This document shows positions 28,002 through 37,791 of a DNA stretch of 64,000 bases, piece by piece. The first letter of the stretch is position 1. Each line of letters opens with the position of its first letter. Under the pieces are notes generated by a model. That model had not been told where the DNA came from. It made no database searches and saw nothing but the letters and a program-made list of their open reading frames with translations. The stretch is from Dehalococcoidia bacterium (lineage in GTDB: Bacteria > Chloroflexota > Dehalococcoidia > UBA2979). The translations under genes and the position numbers were made by a program. The stretch is taken from contig OZ244720.1 of the NCBI GenBank assembly GCA_965219085.1, positions 1,248,001-1,312,000 of the forward strand. Reading direction: 5' to 3'.

Positions 28002-28439
28002 TCAGTCGCCGAACGGCGTGAATCCCTCGGGTGCGGCGTCTTCCGGCCCCGCGCTACCCGCGGCCGGTGCGGCGCCCTCAGCCGGCGTCACGACCGTGCG
28101 CGGTTCGGGCGCGGGATCGGACGCCGGCTCCGACTGCTCCGGCGAGTCGTCCGCGAGCGGCTGGAGTTCGCGCCCGACCGCAGAGACAGCAAAGTTGACG
28201 GCGAACGCGGCGAACCAGCCTGGGATGTGCAGGTAGGACCACGGGCGGTCGCGCACGCGCATCGCGGCGATCAGGCCCGGCACGATCTCCTGGGGCCGCA
28301 GTGTCGAAGCGTTGAGCTTGACCTCGAGAGGCTCCCCCTGGAGGTGGCGCTGTCGCAAGTCCATGGCGACACGACCCGCGACCGCCCCGAGCACGGCGTA
28401 CACCATCACCAGGATCGCTCTACGCACGCCACGGATCAT
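28002..28439 (-). CDS. Hypothetical membrane-anchored protein
   Basis: N-terminal TM segment and low-complexity tail. Confidence 0.55.
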   Translation of the reverse strand: MIRGVRRAILVMVYAVLGAVAGRVAMDLRQRHLQGEPLEVKLNASTLRPQEIVPGLIAAMRVRDRPWSYLHIPGWFAAFAVNFAVSAVGRELQPLADDSPEQSEPASDPAPEPRTVVTPAEGAAPAAGSAGPEDAAPEGFTPFGD

Positions 28440-28528
28440 CGGTTGGCGTCCCTCGCGTGTAGGGCCAGACGGCCACGGAAGCACCGTAGGACCGGACGGC
28501 GGCGCGAGTCAATCCGCGGGGTGACCTG

Positions 28529-29815
28529 TTAGCGGCAGAGGTCCGAGATCTGATGATCGGGGTTGGCATAGCCGTAGTCCCAGATCCGGGCGTAGCGCGA
28601 CGCCTGCTGGCGCAGGTATTCCTCGGCGGCGGTGCATGCGACCGCCGGCGCCAGCTCGCGCTCGACGGCCGCCTGGAAGATCGACGCGACCTGACCATGC
28701 AGCGAGGCGGCGAAGCCGCTCGCCGCCCGCGTGAAGAGCGCGAGCGCTCCCTCGCTGTCGCCGCCGCGCAGCGCGCCGAGGCCGGCTCGCAGCAAGGCAT
28801 ACGGCACGAGTTCGCGGCGGCCCGAACGCTCCCCCGTTTCGACGCGCCAGTCGACGAGCGCGGTGTCCTCGGCGGCGGCCTCGTACTGGGCACGAGCCGC
28901 CTCGTACGCACCAGCCCCGAACGTCTCGTCTGCGTCGGCGATGGCGTGGAGGAGGTAGCGCGGCGCGTCGGGATAGTCGCTGTCGAAGAACTTCAGCCCG
29001 CCCCAGTTGAGCACGATCTCAACGTCGCGGCGCGGCCCGGCATCGCGGTCCGGCGAGTATTCGTAGCGGAGGATCACGTCCTGCAGCCCGTCGCCGGTGA
29101 CATCCTCGACGCGTATCGAGTGCAGGTCGGTGCGGTCCAGGCGCTCCGGCGCCAGGTCGCCGAAGTCGCCCTGGTGCGCACTCGCGATGAGCAGTCTGCC
29201 CTCGCACAGGGCGGCGCTACAGACACGCGCTGAGATGAGGAGCTCGGGGAAGCGATCGCCGGTGAGGTCGGCGGCGGCTTCGATCACGACATCCTCGAGG
29301 AACTCGCCGGCGAGCGCGCGCGCCGAGGAAAAGAGGCGGAAGTGCTCGTCCGTGCCCTGGAAGAACCAGACGTCGCCCGGATTGGCGCTCTCGGTGGTGG
29401 CGTTGACGGCGAATGCGTACTCGGCGGCGCCGTCACCGTCGATGTCGGCGAAGACGCAGCGCTCGCCCAGGACGGGCGCGAGGTCCCACGCGGCGACGAG
29501 GCCCGGCAGGCAGCCGGCAATGTCTGCGCTACCGCCGGCGAGGTAGCTCGAGACAGGCACGCCTCCGGCGAGCAGGTCGGCGGGGCGGCCGGGCACGCTG
29601 CCCGACGGGGGGGGCGTTGCGCTAGCAGTGAGTGCGGTCGGGGGCAGCGGCGACACGGATCCGCCCGATCCTGCGGCGGTGGGCTCCGGCGTGGGCGTGC
29701 GCGTGAGCGCGACGATCGTCACGTCGCCGCCATCGCCGCAAGCGGCGGCGATGAGCATCGCGATACTCGCGACGGGCACGCTGAGGCGGAGGCGGGCCCA
29801 TCTGTGGATAATCAA
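28529..29815 (-). CDS. Lipoprotein with FG-GAP/VCBS-like Ca-binding loops
   Basis: Lipobox AAAC, P/T linker, DIDGDG, DLTGD, DVTGDG; start uncertain. Confidence 0.65.
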   Translation of the reverse strand: MIIHRWARLRLSVPVASIAMLIAAACGDGGDVTIVALTRTPTPEPTAAGSGGSVSPLPPTALTASATPPPSGSVPGRPADLLAGGVPVSSYLAGGSADIAGCLPGLVAAWDLAPVLGERCVFADIDGDGAAEYAFAVNATTESANPGDVWFFQGTDEHFRLFSSARALAGEFLEDVVIEAAADLTGDRFPELLISARVCSAALCEGRLLIASAHQGDFGDLAPERLDRTDLHSIRVEDVTGDGLQDVILRYEYSPDRDAGPRRDVEIVLNWGGLKFFDSDYPDAPRYLLHAIADADETFGAGAYEAARAQYEAAAEDTALVDWRVETGERSGRRELVPYALLRAGLGALRGGDSEGALALFTRAASGFAASLHGQVASIFQAAVERELAPAVACTAAEEYLRQQASRYARIWDYGYANPDHQISDLCR

Positions 29816-29896
29816 ATTGAACACCTGTATTGACTTATTAGCCGAACCTTGCTTGAATGCTTCCCAGCCCGAGGGTGTCCGGTGGGGGGAATCCAG

Positions 29897-30613
29897 TTGG
29901 GCGTCGTCGATTCGCTGCAGGGACGCAAGCTCGCCGCCGAGGCGCTCGGCGCGTTCACCCTGATCTTCATCGGCGCAGGCGCGATCATCGTCACCGGTGG
30001 GGCCAACCTCGTCGCCATCGCACTGGCCCACGGACTCGCCATCGCACTCATGGTCTCCGCGGTCGGCCACGTCTCCGGCGGGCTCTTCAACCCGGCGCTC
30101 ACCATCGGGCTGTGGGCCACACGCCGTATCGGGACTCTCTCAGGCATCCTCTACATCATCGCGCAGTTGGTCGGCGCCGTCGTGGCCGCACTTGCGCTGA
30201 CTGCGCTCTTCCCCGACGTGATGCGCACGGCGACGAACCTCGGCACCCCCACGCTCTCCCCCGGCATCGACTTCGTGCAGGGCGTCGGGATCGAGGCGAT
30301 CGCCACGTTCTTCCTGATGACGGCCGTTTTCGGCACCGTGCTCGACCCGCGCGGCCCCAACCTCGGCGGCTTCGGCATCGGACTCATCATCACCATGGAC
30401 ATCTTCGCGGTCGGGGCGCTGACGGGTGCGGCGATGAACCCTGCCCGCGCGTTCGGCCCGGCCCTGCTCAGCGGTACCTGGGGAGACCACCTCGTGTGGT
30501 GGATCGGCCCGATCATCGGCGCCGTGCTGGCCGCGGTCGTCTATCACTACGTGCTCGCCGACGAGCAGGACCCGCCGGCTGGCGTGCCCGGATTCGTCCC
30601 GAATGAGAGGTAG
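29897..30613 (+). CDS. MIP family aquaporin
   Basis: Two NPA motifs. Confidence 0.9.
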   Translation: MGVVDSLQGRKLAAEALGAFTLIFIGAGAIIVTGGANLVAIALAHGLAIALMVSAVGHVSGGLFNPALTIGLWATRRIGTLSGILYIIAQLVGAVVAALALTALFPDVMRTATNLGTPTLSPGIDFVQGVGIEAIATFFLMTAVFGTVLDPRGPNLGGFGIGLIITMDIFAVGALTGAAMNPARAFGPALLSGTWGDHLVWWIGPIIGAVLAAVVYHYVLADEQDPPAGVPGFVPNER

Positions 30614-30630
30614 TCGCGTTACGCTATAAA

Positions 30631-30733
30631 GGGCGGCGCACCAAACAGTAGCCAACATCTGCCGCGAATCTAATCACCCCCGCCGCACGGCAGATGTCGG
30701 TGAGAAGGCGGGCCTTCGGGCCCGCCTTCACCA
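30631..30733 (+). ncRNA. Candidate small RNA with two hairpins
   Basis: TACGCT -10-like at 30620; 10-bp stem with a C-rich loop; GC hairpin with a TTCG loop. Confidence 0.4.
30704..30729. terminator. Hairpin GAAGGCGGGCC-TTCG-GGCCCGCCTTC
   Basis: Perfect 11-bp stem between convergent genes. Confidence 0.65.
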
Positions 30734-30784
30734 TGCCCGGCGCACTTCGCCGGACGCGTCCATCGAGGGCATCGCCGACGTGCC

Positions 30785-31228
30785 TCAGCGCAGGCCCGTC
30801 GAGCCGTGTCCGCCCGCTCCTCGCGATGTCTCGTCCAGCACGTCGACGACCTCGAGCTCCACGGGCGCGAGACGCGCCACGACGAGCTGCGCGATGCGCT
30901 CGCCGTCCTCGACGACGTAGCGGCCGGGCTCGGGCAGGCAGTACAGGGTCACGAACACCTCGCCACGGTAGTCGGCGTCGATGGTGCCGAACGTGGCGAG
31001 GACGCCGCGCAGCGCGAGGCCGGAGCGCGGACGGACCTGCACGTCGAAGCCTGGCGGCGCCGCAATGGCGATGCCCGTCGGCACGCGCACGGGACGCGTG
31101 CCGACCTCCATCGAGCCGCCGCCGAGTTCCGCGTAGAGGTCGAAGCCGCTGGCGAGCGCACTCTGCCGCTCTGGCAGGCGCGCGCCGGGCCGCAGCAACT
31201 GTACGGCGATGCGCTCGTGATCGCTCAC
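30785..31228 (-). CDS. dut: dUTP diphosphatase
   Basis: GFDL, RPRSGLA, GTIDADYRGE, RIAQ, RGAGGHGSTG. Confidence 0.92.
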   Translation of the reverse strand: MSDHERIAVQLLRPGARLPERQSALASGFDLYAELGGGSMEVGTRPVRVPTGIAIAAPPGFDVQVRPRSGLALRGVLATFGTIDADYRGEVFVTLYCLPEPGRYVVEDGERIAQLVVARLAPVELEVVDVLDETSRGAGGHGSTGLR

Positions 31229-31266
31229 GGCGCTACGCCCGAGGTGGGAACGATGTGGAACGGCGG

Positions 31267-31779
31267 CTAGGTGGCCGCGGCCTCGCGCGCCCGGGTGACG
31301 CCTCGGCCCTGCTTGGGGGTGAGCACCTCGACGGGGTAGACGCGCTTCTTGAGCATCTCGCGCGGCGGGTCGATGAAGATCGAGCCCCAGCCGCAGGACT
31401 GCTCGCAGAGCCGGCAACCCGTGCACCGCTTCGCGTCGACGATGGCGACGCCGAAGAAGTCGTGGCTGTTCGGCGAGTCCGTGAGCGACAGCGCGTCGAA
31501 CGGGCAGACGTGGATGCACAGCTCGCAGCCGGAGCCGATGCAGTTGTCCTCCACGACCTTCGCGAGCGGCAGCTCGCGGCGGGGGAAGGTGCGGCAGACA
31601 TCGGCGAACTCGTCGAGGATCGACTCGGGCGGGCAGACCGCGCCGCAGGCGCCGCAGTCGATGCAGAGCTCGGGGTCGATGACGTGCAGCGAATCGCGAA
31701 CACCGGTGATGGCGTTGACCGGGCACTTCTTGGTGCACGCGGTGCAGCCGATGCACGTCTCGATGATGGAGTAGGCCAC
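31267..31779 (-). CDS. Multi-[4Fe-4S] ferredoxin
   Basis: Four CxxCxxCxxxC-type motifs. Confidence 0.85.
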   Translation of the reverse strand: MAYSIIETCIGCTACTKKCPVNAITGVRDSLHVIDPELCIDCGACGAVCPPESILDEFADVCRTFPRRELPLAKVVEDNCIGSGCELCIHVCPFDALSLTDSPNSHDFFGVAIVDAKRCTGCRLCEQSCGWGSIFIDPPREMLKKRVYPVEVLTPKQGRGVTRAREAAAT

Positions 31780-31888
31780 GGCGTTGCTCCTTGGGAGACT
31801 TCGTCCGGGTGGAATCTAACATCGGCCCCGTGCGCCAGCAAGGAGAGCGCGCAATTCCAGGGGCCCGAGCGGCTGGTACGATGCCTCC

Positions 31889-32245
31889 ATGAAGTGGAGC
31901 GCACTGCAGATCCACCCCTCGCGACTCTGGACGGCGCCCGAGGTTCGCACCATCGAACACATCCTGGACGGGTCGCCCGGCTGCACCACGTTCGCGATCG
32001 ATGGCCTCGTCTGCGGCCTCTGCGCTGGCCGCACCCGCGACGCGCTCACCGGCGTCGAGGGCGTGCAGGGCGTGCAGGTCGACCTCGAACGCGGCGTCGC
32101 CGTCGTGGAGCACGAGGGTGATGCGCCAGGCCTGGCCGCGTTGCAGGGAGCGCTGGACCGCGCGGTCGTGGCGCGCCCGCTTCGGAAGCTCCTCGACCGG
32201 CTCGCGCACCCTCGTCGGCCTCGTAGTGGGCGCACGACCGTCTGA
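31889..32245 (+). CDS. Heavy-metal-associated (HMA) domain protein
   Basis: GLVCGLC..LTGVEGV. Confidence 0.7.
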   Translation: MKWSALQIHPSRLWTAPEVRTIEHILDGSPGCTTFAIDGLVCGLCAGRTRDALTGVEGVQGVQVDLERGVAVVEHEGDAPGLAALQGALDRAVVARPLRKLLDRLAHPRRPRSGRTTV

Positions 32246-33135
32246 TGGCGAGCGCAATCACGATCGGCGCGCACTGCTCGGCGTCGGGCGGGCTGTGGAA
32301 GGCCGCCGAGCGCGCGATCGCCATCGAGGCCGAAGCCGTGCAGCTCTTCGGCAGCTCGCCCCGCGCGTGGCGCCAGACGCAGCACAAGCCCGAAGCGTTC
32401 GAGCGCTTCCGCGAGATGAGTGCCGCGGCGGGCCTCGCGCCCGCCTGGCTGCACGGGACCTACCTGGTCAACCTCGCGGCCGACAGCGAGCAGCAGTACG
32501 AGTGCTCGATCGACTCCGTGATCGGCGCGCTGACCGTGGCGCACGAGGCGGGCGCGGCGGGCGTGGTGCTGCACACCGGCTCGCACCGCAGCGCGGGCCT
32601 CGACGCCGTGCTGCCACGCGTGCTGACCGCGATCGAACGCATCCTGGACGGGTCGCCCGGCGACGCCACGCTCGCCCTCGAGACCTCGGCCGGGCAGGGC
32701 GGCACGATCGGCTCGTTCGCCGATCTCGGGCTCATCCTCGGCGAGGTGCGCTCACCGCGCCTGCAGGTCTGCGTCGACACCTGCCACGTCTTCGCGGCGG
32801 GCCACGACCTGCGCACACCCGAGGGCGTCACGGAGATGGTCGAGCTGTTCGACGAGGAGATCGGCCTCGAGTGCCTCGCCGTGGTGCACGCCAACGACTC
32901 CAAGGGCGAGCTCGGCGGGAACCGCGACCGTCACGAGAACATCGGCGACGGGGCGATCGGCTACGACGGGTTCCGCGCGGTGCTCGAGTCGATGGCGTTC
33001 GCCGGCAAGATGTTCCTGCTGGAGGTGCCGGGCATCGACAACGACGGGCCGGACCTCGCGAACGTGCGGCGGCTCAAGGCCATCCGCGACGAGGTGACCG
33101 CCGCGGTCAGGCACGGCCAGGGGCCAACGGACTAG
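32245..33135 (+). CDS. nfo: Endonuclease IV
   Basis: GAHCS, YLVNLA, LETSAG, CVDTCH, HANDS, DRHENIG. Confidence 0.92.
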   Translation: MASAITIGAHCSASGGLWKAAERAIAIEAEAVQLFGSSPRAWRQTQHKPEAFERFREMSAAAGLAPAWLHGTYLVNLAADSEQQYECSIDSVIGALTVAHEAGAAGVVLHTGSHRSAGLDAVLPRVLTAIERILDGSPGDATLALETSAGQGGTIGSFADLGLILGEVRSPRLQVCVDTCHVFAAGHDLRTPEGVTEMVELFDEEIGLECLAVVHANDSKGELGGNRDRHENIGDGAIGYDGFRAVLESMAFAGKMFLLEVPGIDNDGPDLANVRRLKAIRDEVTAAVRHGQGPTD

Positions 33136-33488
33136 GGACGCACGTCGCGGGGCTGGTTCGCGAGCGCGCGGAACTCATCCTCCCAGTGCAGGACCTCGAC
33201 GAGCAGGTGCGAGGTGAGGCCCCAGCGTTCGCCCACCGGCGCGCCCTCCGCCTCGAGCTTCACGAGCAGGCGTTCAGACATGGTGCGATGGTCCATGGTG
33301 GCGTCGTTGTGCTCGTTGCGGATGATGACCTCGAACTCGAAGATCGCGTCGATCATCTCGGCCGAGACGAACCCGCCGAACTCGTCCGTGAGTTGCTCGG
33401 CGATCCAGTTGGCGCACTCCTCGGCGAGGCCTTCGTCCATGGCTACGCCGAGGGGATCGTCCGGTGCTGCGCTCGCGTCGCTTGTCAT
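33132..33488 (-). CDS. Hypothetical acidic protein
   Basis: Protein-like ORF downstream of the PPOX gene. Confidence 0.55.
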   Translation of the reverse strand: MTSDASAAPDDPLGVAMDEGLAEECANWIAEQLTDEFGGFVSAEMIDAIFEFEVIIRNEHNDATMDHRTMSERLLVKLEAEGAPVGERWGLTSHLLVEVLHWEDEFRALANQPRDVRP

Positions 33489-33492
33489 CTGG

Positions 33493-33933
33493 TTACTCCG
33501 TCGTTCCACCCTGCTCAACGAGCCAGGGCCCCCAGCCGCCGAGCCGCTCGGCGGCGATGCGCACGAGCAGCCGCGGCGCGCCGGCTCCCCGAAACTGTGC
33601 CAGTAGTTGCTGCTCGCCAGGCTCGGTGAAGCGCTGGCCGAGCTTCTCGATATGCTCCTCGGCGCCCTCCGGCGTCATGGCGGTGACCCGGCCATGCACC
33701 AGCAGGTACGACAGCGGGTTGCCGTGATCCCGCACGCTCACGATCACGCGCGGATCGTGGCGCATGTTGCGGACCTTCACCCGCCCGTCGACGGTGTTGC
33801 ACAGCAACCCGTCGCCCTCGACGTCGAACCAGAGCATCGAGGTCTGTGGTGAGCCATCCGGGTTCCTCGTGACGAGGCGTCCGTAGGCGCGATCCTCGAG
33901 GAGCCTGCGGGCCGACGGCGGGATGGCGATCAT
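33493..33933 (-). CDS. PPOX-class F420-dependent oxidoreductase
   Basis: TRNPDGSPQ..W, KVRNMRHDPRV. Confidence 0.85.
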   Translation of the reverse strand: MIAIPPSARRLLEDRAYGRLVTRNPDGSPQTSMLWFDVEGDGLLCNTVDGRVKVRNMRHDPRVIVSVRDHGNPLSYLLVHGRVTAMTPEGAEEHIEKLGQRFTEPGEQQLLAQFRGAGAPRLLVRIAAERLGGWGPWLVEQGGTTE

Positions 33934-34070
33934 GCAGGCCTTTCGTGCTGCGCGACGGCGGGGTGGCGCCCACCCGCGCGATCATACCGGCGGCGGCGGT
34001 TGCGCCAACCTGACGTTGACGGCAGGTTTGGGCGAACCTACCCTGACATACCCGCCCACCGATGCGGCGA

Positions 34071-34160
34071 GCCGGCCTGATGCGCGCGGCTGCGCGCAGT
34101 GTCGGCCAGATGCGCGCGGACGCGCGCAGTGTGGGCCTGATGCGCGCGGACGCGTGCGGG
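34071..34160. repeat. 3 x 30-bp imperfect tandem repeat
   Basis: GGCC(T/A)GATGCGCGCGG core at a 30-bp period. Confidence 0.85.
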
Positions 34161-34168
34161 AAGCGCCG

Positions 34169-35620
34169 ATGACTGCTCGCCCCGTCACCGCCGACGACGC
34201 CGAGCGCCGCTCGCCCGGGCAGCCCGGCGATCCGGCCGCGAACGGCGCACCGCCGACGCAACCGGGAGGGCCGCCGGCCAACGTCGCTCCTCCGGGCCGC
34301 CATAGCGGGCCCGGCGGCGGACCCCCGGGCGGCCCCGGCGGGCAGAACCCCGGCCTGCGGCGCACGTTCTCCGCGTTCAAGTACCCGAAGTACCGCCTGC
34401 TCTGGATCTCGATGGCCGTCGGCATGACGGGCATGCAGATGCAGATGATCGCGCAGGGGTTGCTCGCCTTCGAGCTCTCGGGCACGTTCACGGCGGTCGG
34501 CGTGCTGGCGATGGCGTGGGGCGTGCCGCAGTTCTTCTTCGCACTCCCCGGCGGCGCGATCGCTGACCGCATGGACAAGCGGCGCATCCTGCTCATCACG
34601 CAAGTGGCGGTGATGGCGCAGGCGATCGTGATCGGGCTGGCAATCACCACCGACGTGATCTCGCTGCCGATGCTGTTCGTGGTCGGCGTGTTCATGGGCG
34701 CGACATTCTCATTCAACATGCCCGCCCGCCAGGCGTTCATCCCCGAAGTCGTGCCGCGCGAGCAGATGATGAACGCCATCGCGCTCAACAACACCGCGAT
34801 GAACGCCACGCGCATCTTCTCGCCGCTCGCGGCCGGGCTCTTCATCTCGTGGTGGGGCTTCGACGTGACCTACTACATCACCGGCGCGATGTACGGCGTC
34901 GGCTGGATCACCGTCATCCTGCTCCCCCGCAGCACCGCGCACCTCAACCGTGAGAAGCGTGGCATGTTCGACGACATCGGCATCGGGCTGCGCTACGTGC
35001 GCGACATGCCCGCGCTGCGCACCTTGATGTTCATGGCGTTCGTGCCGATCCTGCTCGGCATCCCCTACGTCACGATCCTCCCCGCGTTCGCGCGCGCCGA
35101 CCTGGGCCAGGGCGAGTTCGGGTTCAGCCTGCTCGTCGGGCTGTCGGCGGTGGGAGCGCTGCTCGGCTCGCTCGTCATCGCGGCGCTCAACCCTCGATCG
35201 AAGCTGCCGCTCATCCAGAGCTTCCTCGGGGCGGGCTGGGGCGCCGGCCTCGTGCTGCTCGGCCTCGGCTCGGCGGTGTTCGGCTTCCCGGGCGCGCTCG
35301 CGGCGATGCTCCTGCTGGGCGTGTTCCAGATGGGCTACATGGCGCTCAACAACTCGATGCTGATGATGACCGCCGCGCCCGAGTACCACGGGCGGGTGAT
35401 GAGCCTCTACATGCTCACGTTCGGCATCTTCCCGCTGATGGGCGGGCCGCTCGGTGTGCTCGGCGACGCCATCGGGGGGTTCGCGACCTTCACCGTCCTC
35501 GGCGTCGCGCTCGTCGTCTTCATCGTGCTGATGGCCATCGTCGGCGGGCAGCCTTCGCTCTCGCCCCGGCGTGCGAAGTCGTCGCACGAGGGCATCGCGG
35601 AGGCGGAGGCCACCGTCTGA
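34169..35620 (+). CDS. MFS transporter
   Basis: GGAIADRMDKRRIL, PARQAF, GRVMSLY; about 12 TM helices. Confidence 0.9.
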   Translation: MTARPVTADDAERRSPGQPGDPAANGAPPTQPGGPPANVAPPGRHSGPGGGPPGGPGGQNPGLRRTFSAFKYPKYRLLWISMAVGMTGMQMQMIAQGLLAFELSGTFTAVGVLAMAWGVPQFFFALPGGAIADRMDKRRILLITQVAVMAQAIVIGLAITTDVISLPMLFVVGVFMGATFSFNMPARQAFIPEVVPREQMMNAIALNNTAMNATRIFSPLAAGLFISWWGFDVTYYITGAMYGVGWITVILLPRSTAHLNREKRGMFDDIGIGLRYVRDMPALRTLMFMAFVPILLGIPYVTILPAFARADLGQGEFGFSLLVGLSAVGALLGSLVIAALNPRSKLPLIQSFLGAGWGAGLVLLGLGSAVFGFPGALAAMLLLGVFQMGYMALNNSMLMMTAAPEYHGRVMSLYMLTFGIFPLMGGPLGVLGDAIGGFATFTVLGVALVVFIVLMAIVGGQPSLSPRRAKSSHEGIAEAEATV

Positions 35621-35644
35621 CGGCCTGCCGTGGAGTGGGCGCCG

Positions 35645-36469
35645 CTACGCGGGCTCGAAGACGAGCTGGAACTCCATCACGCCGAATTCGTCGATGGCGA
35701 GCACGATGAAGGGCCGGGGCGCCACCATCTCGTAGTCGCCAAACTGGATCCCGATCGATCCCACCACCACCACGAACCCGCCCGTGCGCTGCCCCTCGAG
35801 CGGGATCGTGACCTCGCGGGTCACGCCGTGGATGGTCAGCTCTCCGACGGCGTCCACCGTGATCACATCGCCCTCGGCGGGTACGGCGTCAAGCGCGATC
35901 GGTTGCGTCAGGGAGAATGACGCGGTGGGGTACGCAGCCGTCTCGAGGCCGCGCGTTTCCAGGGCGCGGTCGCGTCGCGAGTCGTCGCTCACGAGCCTGG
36001 TCACATCTGCCTCGATCTCGACGACGGTAATCGTCGCGCCGTCGAAGGCGAGGGAGCCGTTGACGGCGCTCGTCCGCCCGACGGCCGTCTGGACGCCGAC
36101 GTTCAGGAGCTCCTCGTTGACGCGGTAGCCGACGAAGGTCTCGCCCTCACTGGAAACGACCCACTCGCCCGTCGGATCGTCGGGCCAGACGGCTTCAGCG
36201 GCCGGCTCCTCGGTCGCGGTGGGCGTCGCGGTTGCCGCGGGCGTCGACGCGGGTGCGGACGCCGCGGTCGCCGTCGGGTCGGGCGTCGACGTGGCGGGCG
36301 CCGTCGTGGGCGTGGGGGTCGCGGTCTGCTGCACCGAACTCACCGCAGTCTCGAGACTGACGGGGGCCGGCGCGGTGTCGCGGATGACGAAGTACCACAC
36401 GCCCGCCGCGACAACGGCGACGACGACAACTGCCAGGATCGCGATGCGTGTGCGCGTCTGAGTGAGCAT
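35645..36469 (-). CDS. YceI-family protein
   Basis: VGYRVNE, SRRD, YPTASF, GELTIHGVTR. Confidence 0.85.
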   Translation of the reverse strand: MLTQTRTRIAILAVVVVAVVAAGVWYFVIRDTAPAPVSLETAVSSVQQTATPTPTTAPATSTPDPTATAASAPASTPAATATPTATEEPAAEAVWPDDPTGEWVVSSEGETFVGYRVNEELLNVGVQTAVGRTSAVNGSLAFDGATITVVEIEADVTRLVSDDSRRDRALETRGLETAAYPTASFSLTQPIALDAVPAEGDVITVDAVGELTIHGVTREVTIPLEGQRTGGFVVVVGSIGIQFGDYEMVAPRPFIVLAIDEFGVMEFQLVFEPA

Positions 36470-36703
36470 GGACGTTCTCCCCCGACCGGTCGGCTACCGC
36501 ACCCTGCCCGGGCACGGGCGTGATCAGGGTACCGACTGCGGAGCTAGGAATCCTCTGAGCAAGTGGACTGGCGGCGGCGATTGCTCCCCGGCAGGTTGTA
36601 TTGGACAAGGAGGACCGCAGGGGAGGGGGCCGGGGGAGGGCGGGGGCCTCTTTTGCCTTCCCGTCGCGCCTCGACGAGCGCGCGGAACGCACTGCTCGCC
36701 GGG

Positions 36704-36965
36704 TCAGGCGAGTTGGGGCTCGGCTCGCAGCAGGTTCGTCAAGCCCAGCAGCAGCGCCAGCCGCTCCCGGTTCTTCGCCAGACCGCGGTAGCGCAGCTTG
36801 TCGTAGCTGAAGCGCCGCTTCACCGCGAGGAAGGGGTGCTCCACCTTCGCCCGCAGCGACGCCTTCGCTCGCTCCGCCCGCGCCTCCGCGCTCCTCGGCT
36901 CAAGCAGCCGCCTCAGGCCGGGCCGCAGCGCCACCCGCCACTCGACCTCCGACCCCGTTCGATGC
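36704..36965 (-). pseudogene. IS5 transposase C-terminal fragment
   Basis: KASLRAKVEHPF..RYRGLAKN. Confidence 0.85.
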
Positions 36966-37654
36966 TCGAGTTCGCCGGTCTCAGCCTCTCCGAGCCGATT
37001 CCCGATGAGACGACGATCCTCAACTTCCGCCACCTGCTGGAGCATCATCAGTTGGGAACGGCGCTGTTCGCGACGATCAACGCGCACCTGGCGCGGCAGG
37101 GTCTGCAGGTGCGCGAGGGCACGATCGTGGACTCCACGATCATCAGCGCGCCGTCATCGACGAAGAACCGCGAGCGTGCGCGCGACCCCGAGATGCACCA
37201 GACCAGCAAGGGCCGGCAGTGGTACTTCGGGATGAAGCTGCACACCGGCACGGATGCGCGGACGGGGCTGGTCCACAGCGTGAGCACGACGGCGGCGAAC
37301 GTCTCCGGCGTGACCGAGGCGCATCGCCTCTTGCACGGCGGTGAGACGGAGGCGTGGGGCGATGCCGGCTACCAGGGAGTGGAGAAGCGCCCGGAGCACG
37401 CGGGGTCGGAGGTGAGCTGGCAGGTGGCGCTGCGCCCGGGTCTCAGGCGGCAGCTGGCGCCGGGGGGCGCTGAGGCGCAGGCGGAGCGGCGCAAGGCCTC
37501 GGTGCGCGCCAAGGCTGAGCATCCGTTTCTCTACGTGAAGCGGCACTTCGGGTACGCGCAGGTCCGCTACCGGGGTCTTGAGAAGAACCGCCAGCGTCTC
37601 ATGCTGCTGCTCGGCTTCACGAACCTGTTGCGCGCCGAGCCTCAGCTCGCGTGA
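36962..37654 (+). pseudogene. IS5 transposase lacking its N-terminus
   Basis: PDETTILNFRHLLE, IVDSTII, WYFGMKLH, GDAGY, EHPF. Confidence 0.85.
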
Positions 37655-37791
37655 TCGCGGGAGCCGTGCGTCCGGAATCGCCCGCCGGAGCGCTTCCGGA
37701 GCGACATGGAGGCGAGACCACCCCCTGAACCGCGGCTCGGCACGCTGATCGATCCGCACCGCGCCCGACACGCCACCTGATCAGACCATCC

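Larger units (their letters stand above)
36548..37791. mobile_element. Hybrid IS5 remnant: two 3' halves fused in inverted orientation
   Basis: Ends GAATCCTCTGAGCAAGT and (rc) GGATGGTCTGATCAGGT, each abutting CTAG. Confidence 0.75.

Noticed and set aside
34071-34160. 30-bp repeats as a mini-CRISPR
   Set aside because: Units are directly adjacent with no spacers
36563-37654. Full-length 363-aa IS5 transposase
   Set aside because: The first ~130 aa are the antisense reading of another IS5 fragment
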